NCBI GenBank assembly: GCA_030040855.1
Contig: JASHSL010000259.1
Location: 1-37,645 of the forward strand
Direction: 5' to 3'
Length of the DNA: 37,645 bases
DNA from: Terriglobales bacterium
GTDB taxonomy: Bacteria > Acidobacteriota > Terriglobia > Terriglobales > Acidobacteriaceae
Shown: piece after piece, positions 8,081 through 16,895 of the stretch
Numbering within the stretch: the stretch's first letter is position 1
Layout: each line of letters opens with the position of its first letter
The notes under the pieces: generated by a model
Told to the model about the DNA's origin: nothing
The model's input: only the letters and a program-made list of their open reading frames with translations
Database searches by the model: none
Position numbers and translations under genes: made by a program

Positions 8081-9037
8081 CTACGCGAACAGCGAATCTA
8101 CAAACTCTTGGGAATTGAACGGTAGAAGGTCTCCCGGCTTTTCCCCGATCCCCACATAACGCACCGGCAATCCCAATTCCCGGCTGATGGCCACGACCAC
8201 TCCGCCTTTGGCGGTCCCGTCGAGCTTGGTAAGAACGATGCCGGTGACTCCTACCGCGCCGGTGAACTGGCGCGCCTGCTGCAGGCCGTTTTGTCCGGTG
8301 GTTGCATCCATGACCAAAAGGGTTTCGTGAGGCGCGCCAGAAATCAGACGCTGCGCGGTCCGGCGCATCTTTTCGAGCTCAGCCATCAGGTTGGTCTTGG
8401 TATGCAGCCGGCCGGCGGTATCGACAATCACATAGTCGGTATGGCGCGCCAAGGCAGCCTGGAGGGCATCATAAAGCACGGCGGCGGGATCGCCACCGGG
8501 TTTGGTGCGGATCACCTCGGTTCCGGTCGACGCTCCCCAGATTTCCAGTTGCTCAATGGCGGCTGCCCGAAACGTATCCGCAGCACACAACAGGACCGTC
8601 TGCCCCTGGGAACGAAACACTTGCGCCAGCTTGCCAATGGTGGTGGTTTTGCCCGTGCCGTTCACGCCGACCACCAGAATGACCTCAGGCCTGCCCTCGA
8701 CTTTCTCGACCGGGCGCGTGTTGGCGGCATTCAGGATCGCCAGCAGTTCCTGTTTTAACAGACGCTTCAGTTCCTCGACGTTCTGGATCTGCTTTCGATC
8801 GGCTTTCTCCCGCAGCTTGCCCAAGATTTCGCGAGTCGTAGTCGTTCCCAGATCGGCTCCGATCAGGGTGGCTTCCAAGTCGTCGAGAAGGCTGCGGTCA
8901 ATCTCCTTGCCCAAGGAAACCACGTCCTCGATGCGCTCCGACAGGTTTTCCCGCGTCCGGGCGACGGCTTCTTTCATGCGCTCGAAGAAGCTGGGCTTCT
9001 GTTTTTCCTCTAGGCTGCCGAAAAGGGTCTGAATCAT
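8081..9037 (-). CDS. ftsY: Signal recognition particle receptor FtsY (NG domain only, short N-terminus)
   Basis: [15 protein letters not shown] (G1), DTAGRLH (G3), [10 protein letters not shown] (G4). The protein is 318 aa. Confidence 0.92.
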   Translation of the reverse strand: MIQTLFGSLEEKQKPSFFERMKEAVARTRENLSERIEDVVSLGKEIDRSLLDDLEATLIGADLGTTTTREILGKLREKADRKQIQNVEELKRLLKQELLAILNAANTRPVEKVEGRPEVILVVGVNGTGKTTTIGKLAQVFRSQGQTVLLCAADTFRAAAIEQLEIWGASTGTEVIRTKPGGDPAAVLYDALQAALARHTDYVIVDTAGRLHTKTNLMAELEKMRRTAQRLISGAPHETLLVMDATTGQNGLQQARQFTGAVGVTGIVLTKLDGTAKGGVVVAISRELGLPVRYVGIGEKPGDLLPFNSQEFVDSLFA

Positions 9038-9069
9038 AATTCTGGCTGTGTGTTAGGAGGCAACTAGTA

Positions 9070-9075
9070 ATTATA
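9070..9075 (-). promoter_or_regulatory. Putative -10 element TATAAT upstream of ftsY
   Basis: A perfect TATAAT on the minus strand lies 32 nt upstream of ATG 9037, in the 119-nt gap after the HD-GYP gene. Confidence 0.4.
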
Positions 9076-9090
9076 GCGGGAGGCAACGAA

Positions 9091-9098
9091 GGGGGGGG
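9091..9098. repeat. G8 (C8 on the minus strand) homopolymer in the ftsY upstream region
   Basis: Read directly: cgaaGGGGGGGGcg. It lies 16-23 nt upstream of the minus-strand TATAAT. Confidence 0.9.
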
Positions 9099-9156
9099 CG
9101 GGCGCGAATTTGCCCCAGACCGGCTTGTAGATTGACGCTACGCCAGGCAGGGACCG

Positions 9157-11010
9157 CTAGAAGCGGGTGGTCTGAATGAAGGCGGTCTCGTGAGGATCGC
9201 CGGCGGCACTGAGAGTTTGACTGAGAGGTCCGGACTCGGTGGCCATGGCCGGCGTGGATAGGGCGAGCCCGACGTGTGCCGGGTGCACCACCTGGATCTC
9301 GCCGCGCTCATAGAGGGCGGTGAGAGCGGCCACGGCGGTTGGATCCAGCCGCTTGCCCGACAGCGAGTGGATGATGCGCAGGGCCTCCTTGGGCTCATGA
9401 GCGCGTTGATAAGGACGGTTCGTGGTGAGCGCGTCAAAGGTATCGGCCACGGCGATGATCCGTGGGAGCAAGGGAATTTCCTCACCTTTGAGTCCGTGGG
9501 GATAGCCGCGGCCGTCCAGGGATTCGTGGTGAAGCTCGATGCCGGGGATCATATCCTTCAATTGCGCCACCGGGCGCAGGATATTGGCACCCTTGGTGGT
9601 GTGGGTCTTCATGATCTCGAATTCCTCGGCCGTGAGCGCCCCCGGCTTCTTGAGAATCCTGTCCTCGATGCCGATTTTGCCGACATCGTGCAATTGGGCG
9701 GAGATGCGTACCACTTCGACGTACTCCTCGTAGATGCCCATCTCGCGGGTGATCATCACGGAATAGCGCGTGACGCGGTCGGAATGGCCACGAGTGTAGG
9801 GGTCCTTTTCGTCGACCGCGCCGGCGAGCATCTGGATGGACCCCATGAAAAGCTCACGGTTTTCGACCGCAGCGCGCTTCAAGTCGAGCACGAACTGTTC
9901 GAGTTCGGCGGACATGATATTGAACGTGGCTGCGAGTTCGCCAATTTCCGTGTGGCTGTTGAGATGCACACGTTGGGAGAAATCACCCCGAGCGATAGCT
10001 CGGCTGGAGTGGGTCAATACCTCCAAGGGATTGGTGATTCGCCGCGCGGCAAACACGCTCAGGGCGACGCTCAAAGCGATCGCCATGATGGCCAGGATGC
10101 GCCCGGTGCGCTGCATCTCGTAGACACCCCGGTAGGCTTCCGCACGGGGCTTCTGTACCACCACCGCCCAATCCAGACTGGTCACCGGGCTGTAGGTGCC
10201 GAGCATCTTGATGTTGTGCTCACCATCGGGCAGGCTGAACTCCCTGGTGGCGGCCACCATCTGGGCCTTGCTGCCTTGCTCCACGAAGTTGTGCACGATC
10301 TCGAGCTTGCTCATGTCTTGGCCGGTGGCGTAGTCGGAGGTTGCGCCCACGACCAGGCGTCCCTGGCTGTCGACTACATAGGGCGTCAGACCGCCTCGAC
10401 TGACCTCTTGCAGGCGCCGGATCAGAAATTGCAGGTCGACGACCGAGGCAATCATCCCGATAAAGCGGCCACCCGCCATGACCGGAGTACTCACCAACAT
10501 CACCGTGCGCGCCGTCTTCCCCGTTCCTACCACCAGCGCCTGGCCGTTGTACACGCGCCCCTCCCGAGCGGCGGCGTAGGCTTGCTCCAGTTCGCGTTGC
10601 AAGAAGGCATCGGCTGCAATGCGTCCGGCTGAAATCCCTTTGCCTTCGGAGTTCAGCAAGGTGGCATAGGCCAGATCTTCGGAGGAAGAGACAAAATTCT
10701 CGAGCAATGCCCGTAGCTCCGGTGCTTGCACATGTTCCGCAGTCAGATCGCCCCCGCTGGACACTTCGAGGGCGGAAGAAAAGTTTGCCAGCATCAGGCG
10801 CAGTTGTTCCTGATGCTCGGAAATGTCTTCGGCGAGCGAGCGGGTCACGGTGTTCTGCAGCAGCCTCTCGTTGGTGATCAGCCGCTCTCGGTTGATCGAT
10901 TCCACCTTCTCCGAATAGAAATACATGGGGACCACGCTGACCAGGATGAGCACACCGAGAATGACGTAGAGAATCGGTAGACGGGACGGGCGTGGCAATT
11001 TGAATGGCAA
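9157..11010 (-). CDS. Membrane sensor HD-GYP phosphodiesterase (periplasmic Cache-like domain, HAMP, HD-GYP)
   Basis: Two TM segments flank a domain of about 270 aa. HAMP is seen as RRITNPLEVLTHSSRAIARGDFSQRV. The HD-GYP module shows HSDRV...LHDVGKIGI...HHESLDGRGYPHGL. TTG start at 11010 with GGAGG 6 nt upstream. Confidence 0.85.
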   Translation of the reverse strand: MPFKLPRPSRLPILYVILGVLILVSVVPMYFYSEKVESINRERLITNERLLQNTVTRSLAEDISEHQEQLRLMLANFSSALEVSSGGDLTAEHVQAPELRALLENFVSSSEDLAYATLLNSEGKGISAGRIAADAFLQRELEQAYAAAREGRVYNGQALVVGTGKTARTVMLVSTPVMAGGRFIGMIASVVDLQFLIRRLQEVSRGGLTPYVVDSQGRLVVGATSDYATGQDMSKLEIVHNFVEQGSKAQMVAATREFSLPDGEHNIKMLGTYSPVTSLDWAVVVQKPRAEAYRGVYEMQRTGRILAIMAIALSVALSVFAARRITNPLEVLTHSSRAIARGDFSQRVHLNSHTEIGELAATFNIMSAELEQFVLDLKRAAVENRELFMGSIQMLAGAVDEKDPYTRGHSDRVTRYSVMITREMGIYEEYVEVVRISAQLHDVGKIGIEDRILKKPGALTAEEFEIMKTHTTKGANILRPVAQLKDMIPGIELHHESLDGRGYPHGLKGEEIPLLPRIIAVADTFDALTTNRPYQRAHEPKEALRIIHSLSGKRLDPTAVAALTALYERGEIQVVHPAHVGLALSTPAMATESGPLSQTLSAAGDPHETAFIQTTRF

Positions 11011-11329
11011 AAACGGCCTCCCCGCGCTCGCCGGCGAGACGCCGGACTTGCCTTTAAGATTTTACTTGCAGCTTGGTTGGTAAATGCTTGGTCTTGCAGG
11101 ACAATGTCCGTTACGAAGGTACTCAATTCGAGTCCGATTTCGCAGTACTTTCGGAGCAAGATCGGTTGCGTGCGCCATGGGATCTAGACTTTCCGAGATC
11201 CGGTCGGCGGGCGGCTCTGGCATAGCCCGGGTTGCGATCCGTCAAGCTCTTGTTCCCTAGCCGTCTTGGTTACCTTCGAGCCCTGGGTTGGTACCAGCCG
11301 TAAGCCCAGCCCGGATCGGGAAAAAACGG

Positions 11330-12358
11330 TCAGGCTTGCTCGAGCACAGTCTCACTTTTTCCACTGCGGGTCATCAACTCCTGAATGGCGTCTCGTGGAG
11401 ACTTGCCCTGGTGCAGGATGGCGTTCATTTGAGCGGTGATAGGCATTTCAACCTTGTGCGCACGCGCCAAGGCGACGGCCGCGCGGGTGGTGAATACGCC
11501 TTCGGCGACCATGCCGTGCATACCGTCGATGATCTCTGCCAGCTTGCGGCCGCGGCCGAGTTCCGCGCCCACGCTGCGATTCCGGGAAAGCCCGCCGGTA
11601 CAAGTGAGAACAAGGTCTCCCAAGCCGGCGAGTCCGGCCATCGTTTCCGGTCGTCCGCCGCAGGCCACCACCAAGCGCGTGATTTCGGCCAAGCCCCTGG
11701 TGATCAGAGCGGCGGCGGAATTGTGTCCGAGTCCCAGACCGTCGCACACCCCGGCGGCGATGGCGATGATGTTCTTTAAGGCGCCTCCCAGCTCGACGCC
11801 GATGATGTCGGAGTTGGTGTAGACACGAAAACTCGGATCGCTGAACTCGCGCTGCACGGTTTCTGCAAGCTCGGCATCGAGAGAAGCGATGGTGATTGCC
11901 GTGGGATCCCCGCGGGCGACTTCCTTGGCGAAGGTCGGCCCACTGAGCGCCCCGATACGCGGCGCAAATCCCCGTTTCGACTGGAGGACCGCTCCGATCA
12001 CTTCGCTCATGCGCAGCAAGCTTTGCTCCTCCAGACCTTTGGTGGCGCTGACAAACAGCATGTCCGCCTGCAGAAAGGCGCTCATCTCGTGGAACAGCCG
12101 TCGACAGTGGTGCGATGGCATCACGCTCACCACAATTTGGGCGTCGCAGAGAGCCTGCTCGAGATCGCCGGTCACCGAAACGCACGCGGGAATGAGGCAT
12201 CCGGGAAGAAAACGGTTGTTCAGCCGGTGGGCCGCAATGGACGCCTGCACTTCTTTCTCGAGCGCCCATAGGCGGACCCGATGTACCCCTTTCCGCCCGA
12301 GGACAATGGCGAGCCCGGTTCCCCAAGCTCCGGCGCCGATGATCGCCACCCTGCTCAT
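11330..12358 (-). CDS. gpsA: NAD(P)H-dependent glycerol-3-phosphate dehydrogenase
   Basis: Rossmann motif VAIIGAGAWGTGLA, with full-length similarity of layout to GpsA. I choose ATG 12358 (MSRVAIIGAG). It forms an ATGA overlap with the plsY stop and has GGAGAAGGA just upstream. Confidence 0.9.
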   Translation of the reverse strand: MSRVAIIGAGAWGTGLAIVLGRKGVHRVRLWALEKEVQASIAAHRLNNRFLPGCLIPACVSVTGDLEQALCDAQIVVSVMPSHHCRRLFHEMSAFLQADMLFVSATKGLEEQSLLRMSEVIGAVLQSKRGFAPRIGALSGPTFAKEVARGDPTAITIASLDAELAETVQREFSDPSFRVYTNSDIIGVELGGALKNIIAIAAGVCDGLGLGHNSAAALITRGLAEITRLVVACGGRPETMAGLAGLGDLVLTCTGGLSRNRSVGAELGRGRKLAEIIDGMHGMVAEGVFTTRAAVALARAHKVEMPITAQMNAILHQGKSPRDAIQELMTRSGKSETVLEQA

Positions 12359-12960
12359 TTCCTTCTCCACGCAAAGCGAGGTTCAGTGTGCGCCCAAAGC
12401 CGCCGGATATTCTCGTGGTGCCGGAAGATGATCAGCAGGGAAGAAGCGGCCAAGAAGAACAGCGTTCCCGGCGCCTTCGAATTGGATTCGACAGCCCAGG
12501 CGACCAGGGGGAAGAAGGCTACGGTGAGGATCGAAGCCAAGGAGACGTAGCGGAATGCCGCTAAGAGAGCCACAAAAATCCCGATCATCACGGCTACGGT
12601 GGTCGGCAGCAAGACCAGGAACGCGCCGAGTCCGGTGGCTACACCCTTGCCGCCACGGAAGTTCAGCCAAATGGGAAAAATGTGTCCCACAATGGCAAAA
12701 AAAGCGGCCGCCGCCAGAAGCACCGTTCGAGCCGGGAAAAACGCGCGGGTGGCGGCGACGGCGACGGCTCCTTTGAGAGCGTCCAGAACCAGCGTGGCAA
12801 CCCCCAAGAGCAGCGAGGTTCGCGAGACGTTGGTGGCTCCGATGTTGCCGCTGCCGGTCTCCCGAATATCCTTTCCGTGAAAGCCACGAACCAAGAGGTA
12901 GCCAAAGGAAATGGATCCCAGCAGGTAACTATAGGCCGCGACTAGCAGAAAACTCGTCAT
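12355..12960 (-). CDS. plsY: Glycerol-3-phosphate acyltransferase PlsY
   Basis: A 201-aa polytopic membrane protein with GSGNIGATN and FRGGKGVAT motifs. Confidence 0.9.
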   Translation of the reverse strand: MTSFLLVAAYSYLLGSISFGYLLVRGFHGKDIRETGSGNIGATNVSRTSLLLGVATLVLDALKGAVAVAATRAFFPARTVLLAAAAFFAIVGHIFPIWLNFRGGKGVATGLGAFLVLLPTTVAVMIGIFVALLAAFRYVSLASILTVAFFPLVAWAVESNSKAPGTLFFLAASSLLIIFRHHENIRRLWAHTEPRFAWRRK

Positions 12961-12990
12961 CGGGGTGTAGCGGACGAGCGGAGCTGTCCC

Positions 12991-13596
12991 TTACAGCGGC
13001 ATGTCCGGCTGACGCAACGGGAATCGCTCGAGTTTGGTATATCGCGACCCTCCCCGCATGAGCTGGCTCTGATACAGAAAAAACTCACGGGCGGTCATGG
13101 TACCAAACTCCGGAGCCGGTAACCGGGACAATTTTTCCTCGAGAAACTGAAAGTTTTTATTGGCTCCATCCCCTTTCCGCCAGCCCGGTGCTCCCGAGCC
13201 TCCTCCGCCGCGCGCCAAGGTGAGATGCGGGCTGAAGGGGCGGTCTTCTTTCGGGATCCCGAGGGCGGAGGTCGCTTGATCCACGGCTTGCGCCAGCTCC
13301 TGAAGCTGGGGACCGCATTCCAAGCCGACCCAGAAGACGCGAGCCGATTTTGCCGTGGGGAAAAACCCATAGCCTCGCAGGCTGAGATCAAACGCTCCGA
13401 CCTGAACGCCGGAAAGGGCGCGCTTGATGTCTTCGACGGTGTCGGCCGGTTTCTCGCCGATAAACTTCAACGTGATATGCAGCGATTGCGGAGAAAGCCA
13501 GCGCGCATCCGGCGCGAAGCCCCGCACACCTTCCATGAAGCGCTGGATGCGCTGGCGAATAGCGTCGTCGAGGTCGAGGGCGACAAAGATTCGCAT
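12991..13596 (-). CDS. thpR: RNA 2',3'-cyclic phosphodiesterase / 2'-5' RNA ligase family ThpR
   Basis: MRIFVALDL N-terminus and two HxT motifs (HITLKF, HLTLAR). The track ORF (to 14043) runs 149 aa further upstream into cinA. I use ATG 13596. Confidence 0.85.
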   Translation of the reverse strand: MRIFVALDLDDAIRQRIQRFMEGVRGFAPDARWLSPQSLHITLKFIGEKPADTVEDIKRALSGVQVGAFDLSLRGYGFFPTAKSARVFWVGLECGPQLQELAQAVDQATSALGIPKEDRPFSPHLTLARGGGGSGAPGWRKGDGANKNFQFLEEKLSRLPAPEFGTMTAREFFLYQSQLMRGGSRYTKLERFPLRQPDMPL

Positions 13597-13643
13597 GTTC
13601 GTCGTAGCGGCCAAAAAGAGCCGACCAGCTGAACCGGGGGTCC

Positions 13644-14888
13644 TTAGAGCAGAGTTCGTCTCACCATATCGAGTGCCTGCTGGCTGGCAAACCAGCGAAT
13701 CAGTCTGCGGTCGCCGGGAAACCGGCGTTCCACGACCTCCGTACTGCGATCGCCCGCCAAGGCATGGAATACCAGCCCGACTGGCTTTTCCGCCGTCCCC
13801 CCGGTCGGACCCGCGATGCCGGTAAGCGCCAAGCCCAGATTGGCCTCGCTCCTCTGCCGGATTCCCTCGGCCAGGGCCGCGGCCACCTCGCGGCTCACCG
13901 CCCCATACTTCTCGATGAGTTGCGCGGGAACCCCGGCCAAGGCGGTTTTCAGCGAGTTGGAATATACAATGGCGCCACCCACGAAGTAACGAGAACTGCC
14001 GCTCACCGAAGTGATGCGCTCGGCGACCAAGCCTCCGGTGCACGATTCGGCTACCGCCAGGGTCTTGTTCCGCATCTCCAGATAGTAACCCACGATCTGC
14101 TCCATGGAGTCGCCATTGTCGGAAAAGACCGAGTCCCCAAGCTCGTCTTCAATTTCCGAGACCAGCGCGTCCACTCGTTGCTGGGCGGCGGCGCGTGAGT
14201 CGGCGCGACACTGCAAGTGCAACTGGATTTCCCCTGCCGCCGCGAGAATCGTGGTTTGGACATCGGGGAAGCGCTGGTAGATCGGCGCCACGCGGGCATC
14301 GCAATGCGATTCCCCCAGCCCGGTAACCTTCAACTCCCGCCGCACGATGAATTGCGGAGGCAGTTTCGAGCGGAGACGCTCCCAACACTGCTCTTCGAAA
14401 AGCGCCTTGAGTTCATGGGGAGGCCCGGGAAGCAGCAGGATAATCTTTTCCTGGCCCTCATACCTTCCGGCGATCCACTGTCCGGGGGCCGTCCCCTTCG
14501 CGTTCGGCAGCACGGTGGCTCCGGCGATCACATCGCCTTGTTTGGCGTTGTTGGCCGTCATCTTCCAGCCGCGTACGGCAAAGCGCCGCTCGATGCCGGC
14601 TACGATGTTGGGGTCGCGGCGAAGTTCAAGACCAAGCGCTTCGGCTACGGCTTCGCGGGTGCAGTCGTCCTCGGTTGGCCCCAGTCCGCCCATAAAAAGG
14701 ACGATATCGGCGCGCGACAGCGCGACCGATGCCACTTGAACCAGGTGCTCCCGAGTATCGCCCACGATGGTCTTGAAGGTGACTTCTACCCCGATGTCAT
14801 TCAACCTCTCGGTTAGGTAAAGGGAATTCGTGTCTTGCCGGAACGGGGTGAGTAGCTCCGAGCCAACCGCAATGATCTCGGCCTTCAT
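13644..14888 (-). CDS. cinA: CinA-family protein (MoCF-binding domain plus nicotinamide-nucleotide amidohydrolase PncC domain)
   Basis: MKAEIIAVGSELL N-terminus, GGLGPTEDD, and a C-terminal ESCTGG motif of the PncC domain. Confidence 0.9.
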   Translation of the reverse strand: MKAEIIAVGSELLTPFRQDTNSLYLTERLNDIGVEVTFKTIVGDTREHLVQVASVALSRADIVLFMGGLGPTEDDCTREAVAEALGLELRRDPNIVAGIERRFAVRGWKMTANNAKQGDVIAGATVLPNAKGTAPGQWIAGRYEGQEKIILLLPGPPHELKALFEEQCWERLRSKLPPQFIVRRELKVTGLGESHCDARVAPIYQRFPDVQTTILAAAGEIQLHLQCRADSRAAAQQRVDALVSEIEDELGDSVFSDNGDSMEQIVGYYLEMRNKTLAVAESCTGGLVAERITSVSGSSRYFVGGAIVYSNSLKTALAGVPAQLIEKYGAVSREVAAALAEGIRQRSEANLGLALTGIAGPTGGTAEKPVGLVFHALAGDRSTEVVERRFPGDRRLIRWFASQQALDMVRRTLL

Positions 14889-14957
14889 TGGCTAAAAGTG
14901 TAAACGATCGAACTCAGCTCGGAGGAATCGCCGGGCCTGCTTCCGCTCGGCACGATT

Positions 14958-16022
14958 TCACACCGGCACGTCCGCAAGCGGCGCTCCTTGGATATTCCAG
15001 GCGAGGTGATGGACGGCGTTGGTGGTGGCCAAGATTGCGGAGCGCCCGGGAGCGAAGGCTAGCCCCACCAAGCCGGCACCGGCTACCTCCAGGCTGGCCT
15101 GGCCGCTCGAATTGATCCGCACGATGCCGCGCTTGCCGGCCAGTGAAGCCGCGAGGTAGAGATTGCCCTCGCTATCGAAAGCCAGTCCCTGAGGGCGGCC
15201 CAAACCACGGAAAAAGGTGGAGACGCTGCCATGAGGGTCGATCTTGTAGACGCAATCGAAGCTGGAGGTCGTGGGACCGGAGACAAATAGGTCGCCTTGC
15301 GGTCCAAAGGCGAGATGGTATGCGGAAACGCTGGGCTCGAGCGTGGCAAAGACGAAAATCTGGCGGTCGGGCGCAATCTTGAAGATGGTTCCGCTACGAT
15401 CCCCCACATAGAGGTTTCCGGCGCGGTCGAAGGCGATGCCCGTGGCAACGCCCATCCCTTCGGCGTACACCGACATGGTCCCATTCGGCGCAACCCGATG
15501 TACCGTGCCCAGCATACGGGATGACACGTACATTTGCCCCGCGCGGTCGAAGGCGATCGAGGTGGCGTTCATGAGATCGGACAGGAACGGAGTCACCTTG
15601 TAGTTGGTGTCGACCTTGAAGATCGAGACGGGGACTTTTTGGCCGCGGCTACCCGAGAAGGTGATATAGATATTTCCCTCGGCATCGAGGGCCGGATTGG
15701 TGACCGGATGCAGATTGTCGGCGATGGGAACCGCAACCTTGATTTGGTGTGGGTTGCTGGAATGACCGTTGGTCGAGACCACAATCGGCCCGGAGGACGC
15801 CCCTTGCGGGACCCGGGCCACCAGAAACCGGTCGGAGCTGATGACCACCGCACCTTCGAGCTCACCAAACCGCACCCGAGGACGGCGCAGCTCGGAAGGA
15901 CGCAGGTCGGTGCCGGTGATACGCACTTCGCCGCCAGGTAGGGCTGCCCCAGGCTGCACCGCAAGAATATGCGGTTTCCCGTTGACATTTTTCTTGCCGA
16001 GCAAGCGGTCAGAGATTCCCAT
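14958..16022 (-). CDS. IPT/TIG domain plus six-bladed NHL/SMP-30-like beta-propeller protein
   Basis: The N-terminal 90 or so aa look IPT/TIG-like (ILAVQPGAALPGGEVRITGTDL...GPIVVSTNG). Six repeats of the type GIAFDRAGNLYVGD follow. No signal peptide is visible. Confidence 0.65.
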   Translation of the reverse strand: MGISDRLLGKKNVNGKPHILAVQPGAALPGGEVRITGTDLRPSELRRPRVRFGELEGAVVISSDRFLVARVPQGASSGPIVVSTNGHSSNPHQIKVAVPIADNLHPVTNPALDAEGNIYITFSGSRGQKVPVSIFKVDTNYKVTPFLSDLMNATSIAFDRAGQMYVSSRMLGTVHRVAPNGTMSVYAEGMGVATGIAFDRAGNLYVGDRSGTIFKIAPDRQIFVFATLEPSVSAYHLAFGPQGDLFVSGPTTSSFDCVYKIDPHGSVSTFFRGLGRPQGLAFDSEGNLYLAASLAGKRGIVRINSSGQASLEVAGAGLVGLAFAPGRSAILATTNAVHHLAWNIQGAPLADVPV

Positions 16023-16050
16023 AATTCATTCGCGGCTGCGCCGCGGTGGC

Positions 16051-16551
16051 CTAGGTTGGCAGAAGTCCGGTGTGAAACAGGATCTGCATGATCCCGAAGG
16101 CGTAGACGCCGGCAGCCACATCATCCATGACGATGCCTAGACCTTCGCGAAGTCGCTCTAGTTGACGCACGGGAGGTGGCTTCACGATGTCGAATCCTCG
16201 AAAGAGTATAAAGCCGAGCAGCAGAGATTTCCACGATGCAGGAATCGCAAGGAAGGGGATGAACTGGCCGGCCACTTCGTCAATGACAACAAACTGTGGA
16301 TCCTTCTGTCCGGTTTCCCGAGCCACGCGGGTGGCAGCCGGAATGCCCAAGCCGATCGCGAAGCCGGCGAGCAGAAGAGCGACCGCGCTCTGCCAGTTGG
16401 GGCGAACGGCCGCGGTCAGGAGCCACCAAGCGATCGTAGTTGCCAACGAGGCCCAGGTGCCGGGAGCCCAAGGAATGTAGCCAAGTCCAAACAGCGTAGC
16501 CACCGGCGCAGCCCAACGCGAAGTCCGCGGGCTGGGGTGCATGGCCTTCAT
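16051..16551 (-). CDS. pgpA: Phosphatidylglycerophosphatase A
   Basis: LFGLGYIPWAPGTWASL and FRGFDIVKPPPVRQLERL motifs. The protein is 166 aa. Confidence 0.88.
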   Translation of the reverse strand: MKAMHPSPRTSRWAAPVATLFGLGYIPWAPGTWASLATTIAWWLLTAAVRPNWQSAVALLLAGFAIGLGIPAATRVARETGQKDPQFVVIDEVAGQFIPFLAIPASWKSLLLGFILFRGFDIVKPPPVRQLERLREGLGIVMDDVAAGVYAFGIMQILFHTGLLPT

Positions 16552-16679
16552 CGTGCCTGGCCGTCGGGCAGAGGGTGCAGTGTGCGCAACGTATCACCTT
16601 CGGTCGCGGTCGCTCCTCGCAGCGCGGCCGTCATTGCCGATTCATGATCGAACCGTCCCGGGCCATCACGCGGCTGACA

Positions 16680-16889
16680 TTATTCTTCATCGGATGTTGT
16701 CTGCCGGGAGTCAGGGACGGAATCCGACACGTCCCGGGTCGGTGAGGAGATCACATAGGCGCCGCTCGCCCATTTCCCCAGGTCGATCAGGCGGCAGCGC
16801 TCGCTGCAGAAGGGGAAATCGGCATCCCGGCTCTCTACCGGCTTCTTGCAGGTGGGACAGTCGAGCTTCACAACCGGCTTGCGCGCCAT
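16680..16889 (-). CDS. yacG: DNA gyrase inhibitor YacG (zinc finger)
   Basis: CPTCKKPV...[16 protein letters not shown]. The protein is 69 aa and starts 6 nt after the rimO stop. Confidence 0.85.
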   Translation of the reverse strand: MARKPVVKLDCPTCKKPVESRDADFPFCSERCRLIDLGKWASGAYVISSPTRDVSDSVPDSRQTTSDEE

Positions 16890-16895
16890 GGTTTC

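Noticed and set aside
9274-10632. 452-aa plus-strand ORF antisense to the HD-GYP gene. Similar long antisense or off-frame ORFs include 17767..18789, 11448..12374, 32162..33220, 35018..35683, 1091..1780 and 30446..31246.
   Set aside because: All overlap strongly supported genes and have the Arg/Gly/Pro/His-rich, low-complexity look of stop-poor alternative frames in high-GC DNA. They show no recognisable motifs.
11114-11153. tRNA-like TTCGAGTCC string that might indicate a tRNA T-arm
   Set aside because: I could not build an acceptor stem, D-arm or anticodon arm around it on either strand. It sits in the loop of a simple 10-bp hairpin.
13597-14043. N-terminal 149-aa extension of the 350-aa ORF 12991..14043
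   Set aside because: The extension is Arg/Gly/Pro-rich and overlaps the 3' end of cinA in another frame. The ThpR homology begins exactly at MRIFVALDL (ATG 13596), 47 nt after the cinA stop.
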